Shown: positions 19,263-29,060, numbered from the stretch's first letter. The stretch: 56,645 nucleotides of DNA from Parcubacteria group bacterium GW2011_GWA2_40_143 (GCA_000996035.1 LBYH01000003.1:1-56645); one strand, 5' to 3'. Numbers and translations are program-made. Notes: generated by a model from the letters alone, not told the origin.

Positions 19263-20636
19263 TTAAATCTTTCTTTTTGGGAAATAATTGTCGGAATTTC
19301 TTAATTTTTGAGACCTGTCTCTGCCACAGTATCTGTCGCCTTCAGTGCATTTGCCATTCCTGTAGCATGGCGGCTCAAATATGTTAAGAAGCGGATGTTT
19401 TTTCCCAAACTTTTCTTCTATCGCCAATCTTTGCAATTTCCCAAGATGATATATCTCTTCTTGAGCGCACCAACACAAGCGCTTGCCCTGCTCGTGGGCT
19501 ATGGCGTTAAAAGAACCTGCTTTCTCATAAGTTGCCATCGCGCCATACGGAGCGAGTATCATAACAAGAGTCTCCGGCGCAAATCTGCCGATTTTCTTCC
19601 ACTCATTCAGGTAACTTATAGCTTCTTGCTCAAGCCCAAGCTCTCTTAAAATCGGCGGTAAGTAAAAGTCGCCGGTAAATTGAGGAGCGCTTCGCCGTAT
19701 CGTCCTGTGCCTTTGATCCTGCCCCATTGCGGCTAGCGATATTTTTATTTTGGTCGCAATCTCTCCGATTGAATTATTCATCATCTCCGGCGTAAAATGC
19801 AATCTGTCCACTGGATGCGTAATATCATCGCTTGGTTCAACGAATTTATCCGCGTTATAAATATTAAGCAGTTCAAGCTCCGGTTCATGCTTAACTCCTC
19901 TTATGGAAATATCATTCAAACTTGCCGCCCAGTCTGTTTTTCTCCTCCTTTCCAGATTAAACATAAAAACCGTTTCCGGATACTTGTCTGTAAAAAGCCG
20001 TACCATCTCTTCGGTAACATATCTCATGGGCGGTGTCCACGCGGATTCATACATCGCGATTAAAGCGGTTTTATTTAATGTTAGATTAAAGGCAGTAGGG
20101 AAAATAACCGGAATAAACATTCTCATTTGCTCTTGCGCGTATTTGGGAATATTTTTCTTTATTATTTCGCTGGCAAAAGGCCGCTCTTCCGACACAAATT
20201 TTTCCGCGACTTCTTCCGCCTTTTTTATATTGCCGTGATAGATACCAACGCCCCGCTTTACGTAATTCATCACTTTTTCCAAAATCTCGCCATCAACTTC
20301 CGGCCAAAATTGCTTTATATATTTTTCTATTTTCGCGTACGCGTCTTCCGGTTCAAGAAACATTTTGGCGGCATAACGTCCGCTGCGTTGATCGGAATTA
20401 TAGAAAGGATGCGCGAGATGCATGCCGAAAGTGATATCACCCACGGCAATACCCTCCACGGCAAAAGTTACGGAATGATGCTGAAGCGTGGTGTGATGAC
20501 TCGGCTTAAACAATCTCTTCTCCACATCCAAGCGTTTGCCGAATTCCGGTATGACGGATTGATAGCATACCCCCGCCGCGTGACTGGCAAGATCAAGAGG
20601 ATCAACATCGGTTTTGGCTATAATTTTTATATCCAT
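19263..20636 (-). CDS. thyX: FAD-dependent thymidylate synthase ThyX-like, double-length (tandem ThyX folds)
   Basis: The N-terminal half has HHTTLQHHSVTF and MHLAHPFYNSDQRSGRY, which aligns to RHRxxSxxxxSxRY with RHR replaced. The C-terminal half has QDQRHRTIRRS. At 457 aa it is about twice the size of a normal ThyX. Confidence 0.65.
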   Translation of the reverse strand: MDIKIIAKTDVDPLDLASHAAGVCYQSVIPEFGKRLDVEKRLFKPSHHTTLQHHSVTFAVEGIAVGDITFGMHLAHPFYNSDQRSGRYAAKMFLEPEDAYAKIEKYIKQFWPEVDGEILEKVMNYVKRGVGIYHGNIKKAEEVAEKFVSEERPFASEIIKKNIPKYAQEQMRMFIPVIFPTAFNLTLNKTALIAMYESAWTPPMRYVTEEMVRLFTDKYPETVFMFNLERRRKTDWAASLNDISIRGVKHEPELELLNIYNADKFVEPSDDITHPVDRLHFTPEMMNNSIGEIATKIKISLAAMGQDQRHRTIRRSAPQFTGDFYLPPILRELGLEQEAISYLNEWKKIGRFAPETLVMILAPYGAMATYEKAGSFNAIAHEQGKRLCWCAQEEIYHLGKLQRLAIEEKFGKKHPLLNIFEPPCYRNGKCTEGDRYCGRDRSQKLRNSDNYFPKRKI

Positions 20637-20644
20637 TTTTCCCC

Positions 20645-21346
20645 TTACTTTCTTTGTACGAATTTTAATTTTTCTAAAATAATTTTACTGATTTCTTCAG
20701 GCTTTAATGGCGCGCTTCTTTTCGCGCAGTTAATTTTTATCCAATTATTGCTTTTCTTCACGATCTCTATGGCGTTTTTCTTGGCATCCTCAAGATGTCG
20801 GCTGTCGCTCTCATGTATGTCTTTTTTACCGTTAAGATATTTTTTCCTGTCTTGAGCCGACTTATTGCCAAGCAACCTCAAGCTTACATCAAGTGGCATA
20901 TCAAGGTAGATTATAGTATCCGGCTTTGGCAATTTAAACACGCCATACTCCAGCTCATCAAGCCATTTTAAGAATTCTTTTCTTTTCTTACCGTCCTTTA
21001 TTTTTCCACCTTGATGAATTTGATTTGAACTTACGTATCTATCCGATATCACGATGCTTCCTTCTTTCAACCATTTCTCTATTTTTTCTTTTGTTTCAAA
21101 CCTGTCTCCCGCGTAAAGAATTGAGGCCAAATACGGACTCACTTCAGAAGCGCCGCCAAACTCGCCGGACAAATATCTACCAACCATTTTGCCGAAAAAG
21201 TTTTTTTCATACTGAGGAAAGTCAATGGTTTTTACATTGCGCCCTTGCTTCCTTAGCTCCATTTCAAGCAGACCTGTCTGGGTCTTTTTGCCGCTCCCAT
21301 CCGTTCCGTCTATTACGATGAATTTCCCTTTTTTATTAATTTCCAT
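20645..21346 (-). CDS. tmk: thymidylate kinase
   Basis: P-loop FIVIDGTDGSGKKTQ, DRY motif (ISDRYVSSN), and a lid region. Confidence 0.85.
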   Translation of the reverse strand: MEINKKGKFIVIDGTDGSGKKTQTGLLEMELRKQGRNVKTIDFPQYEKNFFGKMVGRYLSGEFGGASEVSPYLASILYAGDRFETKEKIEKWLKEGSIVISDRYVSSNQIHQGGKIKDGKKRKEFLKWLDELEYGVFKLPKPDTIIYLDMPLDVSLRLLGNKSAQDRKKYLNGKKDIHESDSRHLEDAKKNAIEIVKKSNNWIKINCAKRSAPLKPEEISKIILEKLKFVQRK

Positions 21347-22583
21347 AAATCGGAAATTTTTTGCAAAGCGCCGTCACTTCTTTTTTAATATTTTTCAAAA
21401 CTTTTTCGTTTGAACGATTTTCCACCACTTCGTTTATCCACTTGGCGATTATCTTTATTTCTTTCTCCTTCATCCCTCTTGTGGTGATGGCCGGCGGCCC
21501 CAAGCGAATACCGCTCGGATCGGCGGCGCCACGAGGATCATCTGGAATCATGTTTTTATTTATAGTAATGCCGGCTTTATCCAAAACTGTTTCCGCTTCC
21601 TTGCCGGTTACACCCTTGCTTGAAAACACATCCACAAGCACAATATGATTTTCCGTTTTGCCGAAGATTATTTTAAAACCAAATTTTTCCAGCTCTTTGG
21701 CCAAAGCTTGAGTGTTTTTTACAACTTGCTTAGCATAAGTTTTAAAGGCCGGTTTTAAAGCCTCGCCGAAGGCAACTGCTTTGGCGGCGATATTGTTCAT
21801 GTGCGGGCCGCCCTGCAAACCCGGGAAAACGGCTTTGTCTACGCCGGCGGCAAATTCTTTTTTGCATAAAATCATACCGCCTCTCGGACCACGCAAAGTT
21901 TTGTGCGTGGTGGTGGTTACAATGTCAAAATACGGCACCGGATTAGGTATAGCTTTTCCGGCCACAAGACCGGCGATATGCGCCATGTCCATCATAGATA
22001 CGGCGCCGACTTTTTTGGCGATTTCGCTGATTCTTTTATAATCCAACTGCCTTGAATAAGCGGAGAAGCCGGCGAGAACCATTCTCGGTTTTTCTTTTAT
22101 AGCCAATTTTTCCAATTTGTCGTAATCTATGCTGCCGTCTTTCTCTGTCTTATACGGAATAAATTTATAAATTTTTGAAGCGAAAACAGCCGGATGTCCG
22201 TGAGTGAGATGACCGCCATGGCTCAGATCCATACCCAAGACTTTATCGCCGGGCTTAAGCACCGAAACAAAAGCGGCCAGATTGGCCGGCGCGCCGGAGA
22301 TAGGCTGCACGTTTACATGTTCGGCGCCAAAAAGTTTTTTAGCTCTTTCTATGGCAAGATTTTCCACCGCGTCGGTAAATTCCTGACCGGCGTAATATCT
22401 TCTGCCCGGATACCCTTCGGAATACTTATTGGTTAAAACGGTCCCGAGAGCTTCAAGCACCGCTTCCGACACATAATTCTCGGAAGCCACCATCTCAATA
22501 CCCTCTTCTTGCCTTTTAAGCTCGCCAACGGCAGCTTTGTAAATTTGACTGTCTTGTTTCTTGAGTTTGTTTAAGTTATTCAT
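21336..22583 (-). CDS. glyA: serine hydroxymethyltransferase
   Basis: EMVASENYVS, GYPGRRYYAG, and TTTTHKTLRGPRGG (PLP lysine). Confidence 0.95.
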   Translation of the reverse strand: MNNLNKLKKQDSQIYKAAVGELKRQEEGIEMVASENYVSEAVLEALGTVLTNKYSEGYPGRRYYAGQEFTDAVENLAIERAKKLFGAEHVNVQPISGAPANLAAFVSVLKPGDKVLGMDLSHGGHLTHGHPAVFASKIYKFIPYKTEKDGSIDYDKLEKLAIKEKPRMVLAGFSAYSRQLDYKRISEIAKKVGAVSMMDMAHIAGLVAGKAIPNPVPYFDIVTTTTHKTLRGPRGGMILCKKEFAAGVDKAVFPGLQGGPHMNNIAAKAVAFGEALKPAFKTYAKQVVKNTQALAKELEKFGFKIIFGKTENHIVLVDVFSSKGVTGKEAETVLDKAGITINKNMIPDDPRGAADPSGIRLGPPAITTRGMKEKEIKIIAKWINEVVENRSNEKVLKNIKKEVTALCKKFPIYGN

Positions 22584-22606
22584 TGTTTTATTTTAACACA
22601 TTTTAA

Positions 22607-25105
22607 CTACTTCCCATGACACTTCTTGTATTTCTTCCCTGATCCGCACGGGCAAGGATCGTTGCGACCGGCCATCGGCGGCTTGGAATTAGTTGCTTGT
22701 CTGTTGCCGGCAGAAGCGCTTTCTCCTTGCGGTTTCCCCAATACAGCACCGGATGGATGCATCTCTATGGTTTGCTGCGGTCTCGGCGCTTGCGTCTCGC
22801 CGGCTCTTAAGACCATTTCCGCGATAGTATTGTCTATGGAAATTTCCAGCCCCCTAAACAATTTCAACCCCTCATTCTTATATTCCACCAAAGGATCTCT
22901 CTGTCCGTAAGCTCTAAGACGCACTGATGATCGCATATAATCCATGGCCTCAAGATGCTCAATCCAAAGCATGTCTATTGCTTGAAGCATAAGGAGTTTT
23001 TCAGTATTAAAGAACGCCTCATCACCCATCTTGTTTCTCTTCTCCTCCAATTCTTTTTCTTTATCAGGTAAAATATCTTTTAGCTCGCTCATGACAAAAT
23101 CATTATTCGCGAATAAAATTTTTCTCCTTCTGTCATAGATAATTCTTCTTTGATGATTGAGCACATCGTCATACTCAAGCAAATGCTTTCTGGCGTCAAA
23201 GTTAAACCCTTCTATTTTAGATTGCGCCGATTCTATGGCCCTGCTTAAAAATCTGTTTTCTATCGGATGATCTTCCGGTATGCCAAGCCTGCCCATCATA
23301 TTCTTCATCCTGTCCGAGCCGAAGATTCTCATCACGTCATCTTCAAGCGAAATGAAGAATTGCGTTGCTCCCGGATCACCTTGCCTGCCGGAACGGCCTC
23401 TTAACTGATTGTCTATCCTTCTGGCCTCGTGCCTCTCCGTGCCGATTACGAAAAGCCCTCCAAGCTTTCTTACATCTTCCGCCTCCGCTTCCGAGGAAGG
23501 GTTGCCGCCTAACTTAATGTCCACGCCTCTGCCAGCCATGTTGGTGGCGATAGTTACTCCGCCCTTCTTACCTGATTGAGCGATAATCTCTCCTTCCTGT
23601 TCGTGCTGTTTGGCGTTTAGCACCTTATGCTCCACGCCATCCAGCTTAAGCAAAGAGGAAAGATATTCGTTTTTTTCTATGGAGACAGTGCCCACCAAAA
23701 TCGGCTGGCCGGTTTTATTTACTTCTTTTATTTTTTCGGCAATGGCTTTAAACTTTCCCTTTTCCGTTTGAAAAACAACATCCTGCCTGTCTTCTCTCGC
23801 TATCGGCTTATTGGTAGGCATGTTTACCACCTCAAGATTGTATACCTTGCTAAATTCCTCGGCGGAAGTAAGAGCCGTACCGGTCATGCCGGATAGCTTC
23901 TTGTACATTCTAAAATAATTTTGGAAGGTAACGCTGGCCAAAGTGCGAGACTCTTTCTGTATGCTTACTCCTTCTTTGGCTTCCACAGCTTGATGAAGAC
24001 CTTCAGACCAACGTCTGCCAGGCATAAGTCTGCCTGTAAACTCGTCCACGATAATCACTTGATCATCTTTTACCACATATTCTTTGTCTTTGCGAAAAAG
24101 AGCTTTGGCTCTTATGGCAGTCTCAAGATGATGCACATATTTTATGCCTTTTTCCGTATATATATTGCTCACGCCAAGAATTTTTTCCACTTTATCTATA
24201 CCTTGATCGGTTAGAGAAATGGCTCTCATTTTTTCATCCACCATAAAATCTTTGTCTTTCTCCAACTTCTCCGCTATTTTGCTGAATGTGCCATAAAAAT
24301 CACTTGTTTCCGATCCGGGAGCGGAAATGATAAGCGGAGTTCTGGCCTCGTCTATTAAGATGGAATCTATCTCATCCACAATGGCGTAATGGTATTCTCT
24401 CTGAGCGATGTTGCCGATATCATAAGCGATATTATCTCTTAGATAATCAAAGCCGAATTCATTGTTTGTGCCGTAAGTAATATCGGCGGCATAGGCCTCT
24501 TTTCTTGAGCACGGCTTTAAAAACTCGTGCACCACGTGAAATGAACCAGTAGCATCTCGCAACTCATCAAGCGTATCAACGTCGGACTCAGGCGCGCTTG
24601 AACGATGAGCCGGATCATACAAATAACTTGAATCGTGATTGATGCAGCCAACGGTTAAGCCAAGCGCGTTGTATATTTGCCCCATCCACACGGCATCTCT
24701 TCTGGAAAGATAATCGTTTACCGTTACCACGTGCACACCCTTACCTTCAAGCGCGTTTAAATAGGCGGGCAAAGTAGCCACAAGTGTCTTCCCTTCTCCC
24801 GTTCTCATCTCGGCAATCTTGCCTTGATGCAAAACAATGCCTCCCATAAGCTGCACGTCAAAGTGCCTCTGGCCAAGCGTCCTCTTGGAAGCTTCTCTTA
24901 CTAAAGCAAAAGCCTCCGGCAAAATATCATCAAGACTTTTTCCTGAAGCAATCGCCGTTTTAAGTTCCTGTGTTTTGGCTTTAAGCTCTTCTTGCGAGAG
25001 TTTGGAAAATGGTTCTTCAAGCTCATTTACAGAAATAACAATCGGCTCCAGTTTTTTAAGAAACCGCTTGTTTGGATCTCCGATAATTTTTGATACGAAA
25101 GACAT
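22607..25105 (-). CDS. secA: preprotein translocase ATPase SecA
   Basis: MRTGEGKTLVATLP, DEIDSILIDEARTPLIIS, TNMAGRGVDIKLGG, and the C-terminal zinc finger CPCGSGKKYKKCHG. Confidence 0.95.
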   Translation of the reverse strand: MSFVSKIIGDPNKRFLKKLEPIVISVNELEEPFSKLSQEELKAKTQELKTAIASGKSLDDILPEAFALVREASKRTLGQRHFDVQLMGGIVLHQGKIAEMRTGEGKTLVATLPAYLNALEGKGVHVVTVNDYLSRRDAVWMGQIYNALGLTVGCINHDSSYLYDPAHRSSAPESDVDTLDELRDATGSFHVVHEFLKPCSRKEAYAADITYGTNNEFGFDYLRDNIAYDIGNIAQREYHYAIVDEIDSILIDEARTPLIISAPGSETSDFYGTFSKIAEKLEKDKDFMVDEKMRAISLTDQGIDKVEKILGVSNIYTEKGIKYVHHLETAIRAKALFRKDKEYVVKDDQVIIVDEFTGRLMPGRRWSEGLHQAVEAKEGVSIQKESRTLASVTFQNYFRMYKKLSGMTGTALTSAEEFSKVYNLEVVNMPTNKPIAREDRQDVVFQTEKGKFKAIAEKIKEVNKTGQPILVGTVSIEKNEYLSSLLKLDGVEHKVLNAKQHEQEGEIIAQSGKKGGVTIATNMAGRGVDIKLGGNPSSEAEAEDVRKLGGLFVIGTERHEARRIDNQLRGRSGRQGDPGATQFFISLEDDVMRIFGSDRMKNMMGRLGIPEDHPIENRFLSRAIESAQSKIEGFNFDARKHLLEYDDVLNHQRRIIYDRRRKILFANNDFVMSELKDILPDKEKELEEKRNKMGDEAFFNTEKLLMLQAIDMLWIEHLEAMDYMRSSVRLRAYGQRDPLVEYKNEGLKLFRGLEISIDNTIAEMVLRAGETQAPRPQQTIEMHPSGAVLGKPQGESASAGNRQATNSKPPMAGRNDPCPCGSGKKYKKCHGK

Positions 25106-25134
25106 GAATGCTGATGAAATTTAGAAATTAGAAA

Positions 25135-25302
25135 TTAGCCCTTAATCTTCGGCACTCTAAAACCAAGAAAGGACATGGCGGCAGTGCCAAGTATGGCTAT
25201 GCTTAAAACAAAGGTCACATCTATTTGATCGCTTTTAAGCACGAGATAAGTGGATCCAAACCAGACTGTTGCCACCGCGATGGCCACCCAAGGATATTTC
25301 AT
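25135..25302 (-). CDS. 55-aa two-TM mini membrane protein (paralog of 26892-27050)
   Basis: Below the ORF-track cutoff. MKYPWVAIAVATVWFGSTYLVLKSDQIDVTFVLSIAILGTAAMSFLGFRVPKIKG. It starts 11 nt after the ubiB-like stop. Confidence 0.55.
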   Translation of the reverse strand: MKYPWVAIAVATVWFGSTYLVLKSDQIDVTFVLSIAILGTAAMSFLGFRVPKIKG

Positions 25303-25313
25303 AAAAAATTAAA

Positions 25314-26879
25314 TTATTTTGATGATTTTAACAACGACCTTATTTCTTCATTTGTTTCCGCGTAATCGGACACGATTTCCATAATTCTTTCTTTAGCCAC
25401 GGAACGACGTTCTTTTTGAATCTCAACAAGCTCCAGAAATTCCTCCCAATCGCCATCCTCAACCGACATGATTTCCTTTTTAGCTGAATTTAATTCATTT
25501 TCCCTGTCTTTGATTACAGCCTCTATTTCACCAAGGGAATATTCATTAATGAATGCTCTAATTGCTCCCATCATATCAAAATCACTGGAGATATGCAAAG
25601 TTACCATTTCGGCAGTTGCCAACACCCTAAAAAACAGCACTATTTCAGAATCAAACACTATTCCGTACTTCTCCGCCTCCCAAAGTAAACGAAAAAACAC
25701 GGAAGACGAGCTACGTCTTGCCACAGAGAGTTCTTTATTGCTGGCAGCTTCAATCCATGGTTTTAAAATGGCTTCCGCTTTCACGCTGAAATCTTTTATA
25801 ATCACTTTTTTAATTTTCTCAAAAAGTTTTTTGGCGGATCCTCTCTTGTCTCTCGCTGAAATTATAAAAAGCTCTATTTCTTCTTGATATGAACTTTCGC
25901 CAAAATCTATCATGCTGGCAGTTGCTTCTTCCATATTGTTTACAGAAATCGCGCGTAGAAATTTCAGTAAATTAAGTCTATTGGCGCCAGCCTCGCCCAC
26001 AATGCCAAAACCCATGAAAGCTACTTTGTTTTCCGTCAAAACCATGATGTTTGAAGGATGCGCGTCAGCATGGAAAAATCCATCCACAAAGTACTGTCTC
26101 ATCATCTCAAACATAATGTTGCCGGCCAAAATATCGCGGGACACGCCCATCCGCTCCAATACTTCTTCAGACACCTCGTTGTTTATAAGCTTGCTGGCAA
26201 GGATACCGCCTTCCATAAAATCTTCCACCAAAACCTTTTTGGTGGTTAAATTTAGATATTGTTTGGGTATTATCGCGTTATAGCCGCCTTCGCTGTATTT
26301 GTAAAAAGCGTCGCCATTTCTGGCTTCATTTCTAAAATCCAGTTCGTGGCGCGTCCATCTTATAAAATCATGCGCCACTTCCACCGCTGAGATGAAAGTG
26401 GCAGACTTAAAAAAATCAAAAATTTGCGCCAGAAAAATTATTATCAAAAAATCCGATTCAAAAATTTCTTCCGCGTTAGGCCTTTGAATCTTTACCGCCA
26501 CGGACGCGCCATCCTTAAGCTTGGCCTTGTAAACATGGGCAATAGAAGCGGAACCAATCGGATCGTCACTAAAATCCAAAAAGAATTTCCCGACGGGATT
26601 ACTCATTTCTCTCGTAAAGACTTCTTGCATTTTGGCAAAAGGAGTTTGAGGCGTGTTGTCCATGAGCTTGATGAGCTCAGCCGTGTATCGCGGCGACAAA
26701 AAATCGCTTCTTAAAGACAATATTCGTCCAAACCGAAGGATGCCTCCTCCCGCCCTCTCAAAAAACAACCTGAGTTTTTCAGGCTTGGATGTTTTAAAAC
26801 TCAAAGATAAATCCAATATTATAAAAAATATTTGAGCGAGTCTTCCGACAAACTTGGCTGTTTTCCTGTAGCCACGCAT
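25314..26879 (-). CDS. ABC1/UbiB-family atypical kinase
   Basis: IGSASIAHVYKAKLKDGASVAVKIQRP, DFMEG, and FHADAHPSNIMV, followed by a C-terminal extension. Confidence 0.8.
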   Translation of the reverse strand: MRGYRKTAKFVGRLAQIFFIILDLSLSFKTSKPEKLRLFFERAGGGILRFGRILSLRSDFLSPRYTAELIKLMDNTPQTPFAKMQEVFTREMSNPVGKFFLDFSDDPIGSASIAHVYKAKLKDGASVAVKIQRPNAEEIFESDFLIIIFLAQIFDFFKSATFISAVEVAHDFIRWTRHELDFRNEARNGDAFYKYSEGGYNAIIPKQYLNLTTKKVLVEDFMEGGILASKLINNEVSEEVLERMGVSRDILAGNIMFEMMRQYFVDGFFHADAHPSNIMVLTENKVAFMGFGIVGEAGANRLNLLKFLRAISVNNMEEATASMIDFGESSYQEEIELFIISARDKRGSAKKLFEKIKKVIIKDFSVKAEAILKPWIEAASNKELSVARRSSSSVFFRLLWEAEKYGIVFDSEIVLFFRVLATAEMVTLHISSDFDMMGAIRAFINEYSLGEIEAVIKDRENELNSAKKEIMSVEDGDWEEFLELVEIQKERRSVAKERIMEIVSDYAETNEEIRSLLKSSK

Positions 26880-26891
26880 ATTATCTAAAAA

Positions 26892-27050
26892 TTATCTGGG
26901 TGAACGAAAACCAATGTAAGAGAGAAAAACAGTTGTAATCATTATAAAAAGATAAAAATTGTCAGGATTTGGTATGCGTTCCGATAAAATAAGCACTATT
27001 GCCGAACTCCATATGGCTACGATAGCCAAGCTAACCCAAGCATATCTCAT
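26892..27050 (-). CDS. 52-aa two-TM mini membrane protein (paralog of 25135-25302)
   Basis: Below the ORF-track cutoff. MRYAWVSLAIVAIWSSAIVLILSERIPNPDNFYLFIMITTVFLSYIGFRSPR. It shares M[RK]Y.WV..A...W......L.S and S[YF][IL]GFR.P with the other copy. Confidence 0.55.
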   Translation of the reverse strand: MRYAWVSLAIVAIWSSAIVLILSERIPNPDNFYLFIMITTVFLSYIGFRSPR

Positions 27051-27196
27051 TTAGTAATTCAAAGTTAAATTAATAAATAATTTATTTTCCGTCCGGAGAA
27101 GGCCGGTGAGGCTATACTCCAACACAATGTCCTATGTGAGCGCGCCACCGGCCATCACCAGACAGAAACTAAGCTTTAATTATAGCAGATAAAATT

Positions 27197-27258
27197 CAAA
27201 AAAAGAAAGTCCGGAATATTTCTAACGCTTTCTAGCGCAAAGCCATAGTCCGGACTTT
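27197..27258 (-). terminator. hairpin terminator after the 149-aa gene (possibly bidirectional)
   Basis: AAAGTCCGGA (27206-27215) pairs with TCCGGACTTT (27249-27258). The minus strand continues CUUUUUUUG and the plus strand continues UUUUU. Confidence 0.6.
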
Positions 27259-27265
27259 TTAAAAA

Positions 27266-27715
27266 CTAATACACAAAATGTACCTCCTTGCCCGTTCGCA
27301 CGGCTCCATATAAATCTTTAATTCTCCACCACGTTATGGCCAAATGAAAATCAATTTTGTACTCTGCCACCACATACGGCTCCCTCGGCATCTTAAAATT
27401 TTCATCTGATGAACACAAATCTGATTCGTCCGAGCATAACTCGCTTACTATGTATTTGATGGTTATCATCACTATCTTTCCATTCTCCATGAGCGAGTAG
27501 CAAGAGAAAATCTCCAGTCTGTTTTGCCTCACATACTTTTCAAAATCAAGCGAGACAGGAATGCGGTTTTTCGCCAAAAATAACTTTGCTTCCGCGCCGT
27601 ACATAATTTCAAAACTGCTTCTCTCTTTCACCGCTTCGTTAAAATCAAGTTTAGTTCCGCCAGCCGATTTTGCCGAAAGGCAACACAAAAAAACAATCAT
27701 CAATCGCCATTTCAT
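27266..27715 (-). CDS. hypothetical secreted protein
   Basis: Signal-peptide-like N-terminus MKWRLMIVFLCCLSAKSAGG. No family recognised. Confidence 0.5.
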   Translation of the reverse strand: MKWRLMIVFLCCLSAKSAGGTKLDFNEAVKERSSFEIMYGAEAKLFLAKNRIPVSLDFEKYVRQNRLEIFSCYSLMENGKIVMITIKYIVSELCSDESDLCSSDENFKMPREPYVVAEYKIDFHLAITWWRIKDLYGAVRTGKEVHFVY

Positions 27716-27794
27716 TTTTCACCCCTTTCTTCTATAAAGTTTTCAAAGAAACAAAGAGCAAATAAAGATACAAGCTGATTATATTAAGGACTTT

Positions 27795-28280
27795 TTAAAC
27801 GATTAAGTCAATGAGTTTATACACAGCCACCCCGAAGGCCACGGAAACGTTGAGAGATTCTTTGCGTCCGCTCATTGGAATATGTAAAATTTCGTTCGCT
27901 CTTTTTAAAACGGTTTCCGGCAAGCCGTCAATTTCATTCCCCAAGACAAGAGCAATCTTTTTACCTTTTCGCGGTTTATATTTTCTATAATCAACGGCAT
28001 CTTCAGCCTGCTCAAGCGCCAATATCTCAAAACCTTCTTTTCTAAGCTTATCCAAAACCTGCCAAGTGTTTTTGCCTTTTTCCCAAGCTATATAATTTTC
28101 CGCGCCGAGAGACACTTTTTCTATATTGCCATGCGGCGGCGACGGCGTAATGCCGCACAAAAATATTTTAGACACCCCTGCGCCATCAGCCGTTCTAAAA
28201 ATTGAACCGACATTGTGCCGGCTTCGTATATTATGGCAAACCGCGACCAATTCTGTTTTTTGATTGTTTTGGTTATTCAC
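27795..28280 (-). CDS. SpoU/TrmH-family RNA 2'-O-methyltransferase
   Basis: RSRHNVGSIFRTADGAGV, LVLGNEIDGL, and IPMSGRKESLNVSVAFGVAVY (SPOUT knot motifs). Confidence 0.8.
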   Translation of the reverse strand: MNNQNNQKTELVAVCHNIRSRHNVGSIFRTADGAGVSKIFLCGITPSPPHGNIEKVSLGAENYIAWEKGKNTWQVLDKLRKEGFEILALEQAEDAVDYRKYKPRKGKKIALVLGNEIDGLPETVLKRANEILHIPMSGRKESLNVSVAFGVAVYKLIDLIV

Positions 28281-28289
28281 AAAGCGAGA

Positions 28290-29060
28290 TTACCGCATTA
28301 TCTTGCCAAGCGCAAGAGTAAAGCCAAACATAATGGCGCTTAAAATTGCAACCACCGGACCGGCCGAAATGCCGATAACGCCGGCTAACGCGACTCCTCC
28401 GCCGGCGCCTGCCACTCCGAGCAAAGCCGCTAAGAAAGAATATTGCTTCATGCTGCCGCTGATATTCTTTGCCGCGGCGGCCGGTAAAATAATAAGCGCG
28501 CTTGTAAGCAAAGAACCGGCAATCTTAACGCCGAAAGCTATCACGACAGCCACAATAAGCAAGTAGATAAGATTATTTTTATTTATTTTCACGCCTTCGG
28601 CCAAAGCCATATCTTCAGATATGTAGGCAAGCATCATTTTCGGGTAAATGCTTCTGGCAACCAGAAAGACAATAATGCTTATCAAAATAACCATCGCCAT
28701 GTCGGCATAATTCACGCTGGCAATATCTCCAAAAAGCGCTTCAAGAAGTTCGTGGTCCGGCACGACAATGAACCCTATCGCCAAGCTTATTACAAACACG
28801 ACTCCCGTGAGCAACTCCGAGGAGAGGCTTGTTTTCATCCCGAGCAGCCAAATAATAAGCACGCCGATAATCAAAGAGGCCAAAGCGCCCAAAGATATGT
28901 TCAAACCTAAAAGCAAAGCGAATCCGATGCCAGGCAAAGCCACGTGGCTTAGCACATCTCCGGCAAGAGACATTTTCTTGGTCGCCATAAGAGAGCCAAG
29001 ATAGCCGGCCGCGCCTCCTATAAAAAGCGCCGATATCAAACTGACAAAATTAATGCTCAT
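28290..29060 (-). CDS. metal (Zn/Mn-type) ABC transporter permease, ABC-3 family
   Basis: Multi-TM protein with GDVLSHVALPGIGFALLLG, typical of ZnuB/MntB-type permeases. It overlaps the upstream ATPase gene. Confidence 0.75.
   Translation of the reverse strand: MSINFVSLISALFIGGAAGYLGSLMATKKMSLAGDVLSHVALPGIGFALLLGLNISLGALASLIIGVLIIWLLGMKTSLSSELLTGVVFVISLAIGFIVVPDHELLEALFGDIASVNYADMAMVILISIIVFLVARSIYPKMMLAYISEDMALAEGVKINKNNLIYLLIVAVVIAFGVKIAGSLLTSALIILPAAAAKNISGSMKQYSFLAALLGVAGAGGGVALAGVIGISAGPVVAILSAIMFGFTLALGKIMR

Noticed and set aside
27091-27162. Possible SRP (4.5S) RNA or fluoride riboswitch
   Set aside because: It is a long hairpin with a CCGG-rich stem, but neither strand shows the GNAR tetraloop with the AGCA / GGUCAGG helix-8 signature. 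The pattern does not fit the crcB motif pseudoknot. The downstream ORF is not a CrcB-like protein. It was kept only as an unclassified structured leader.
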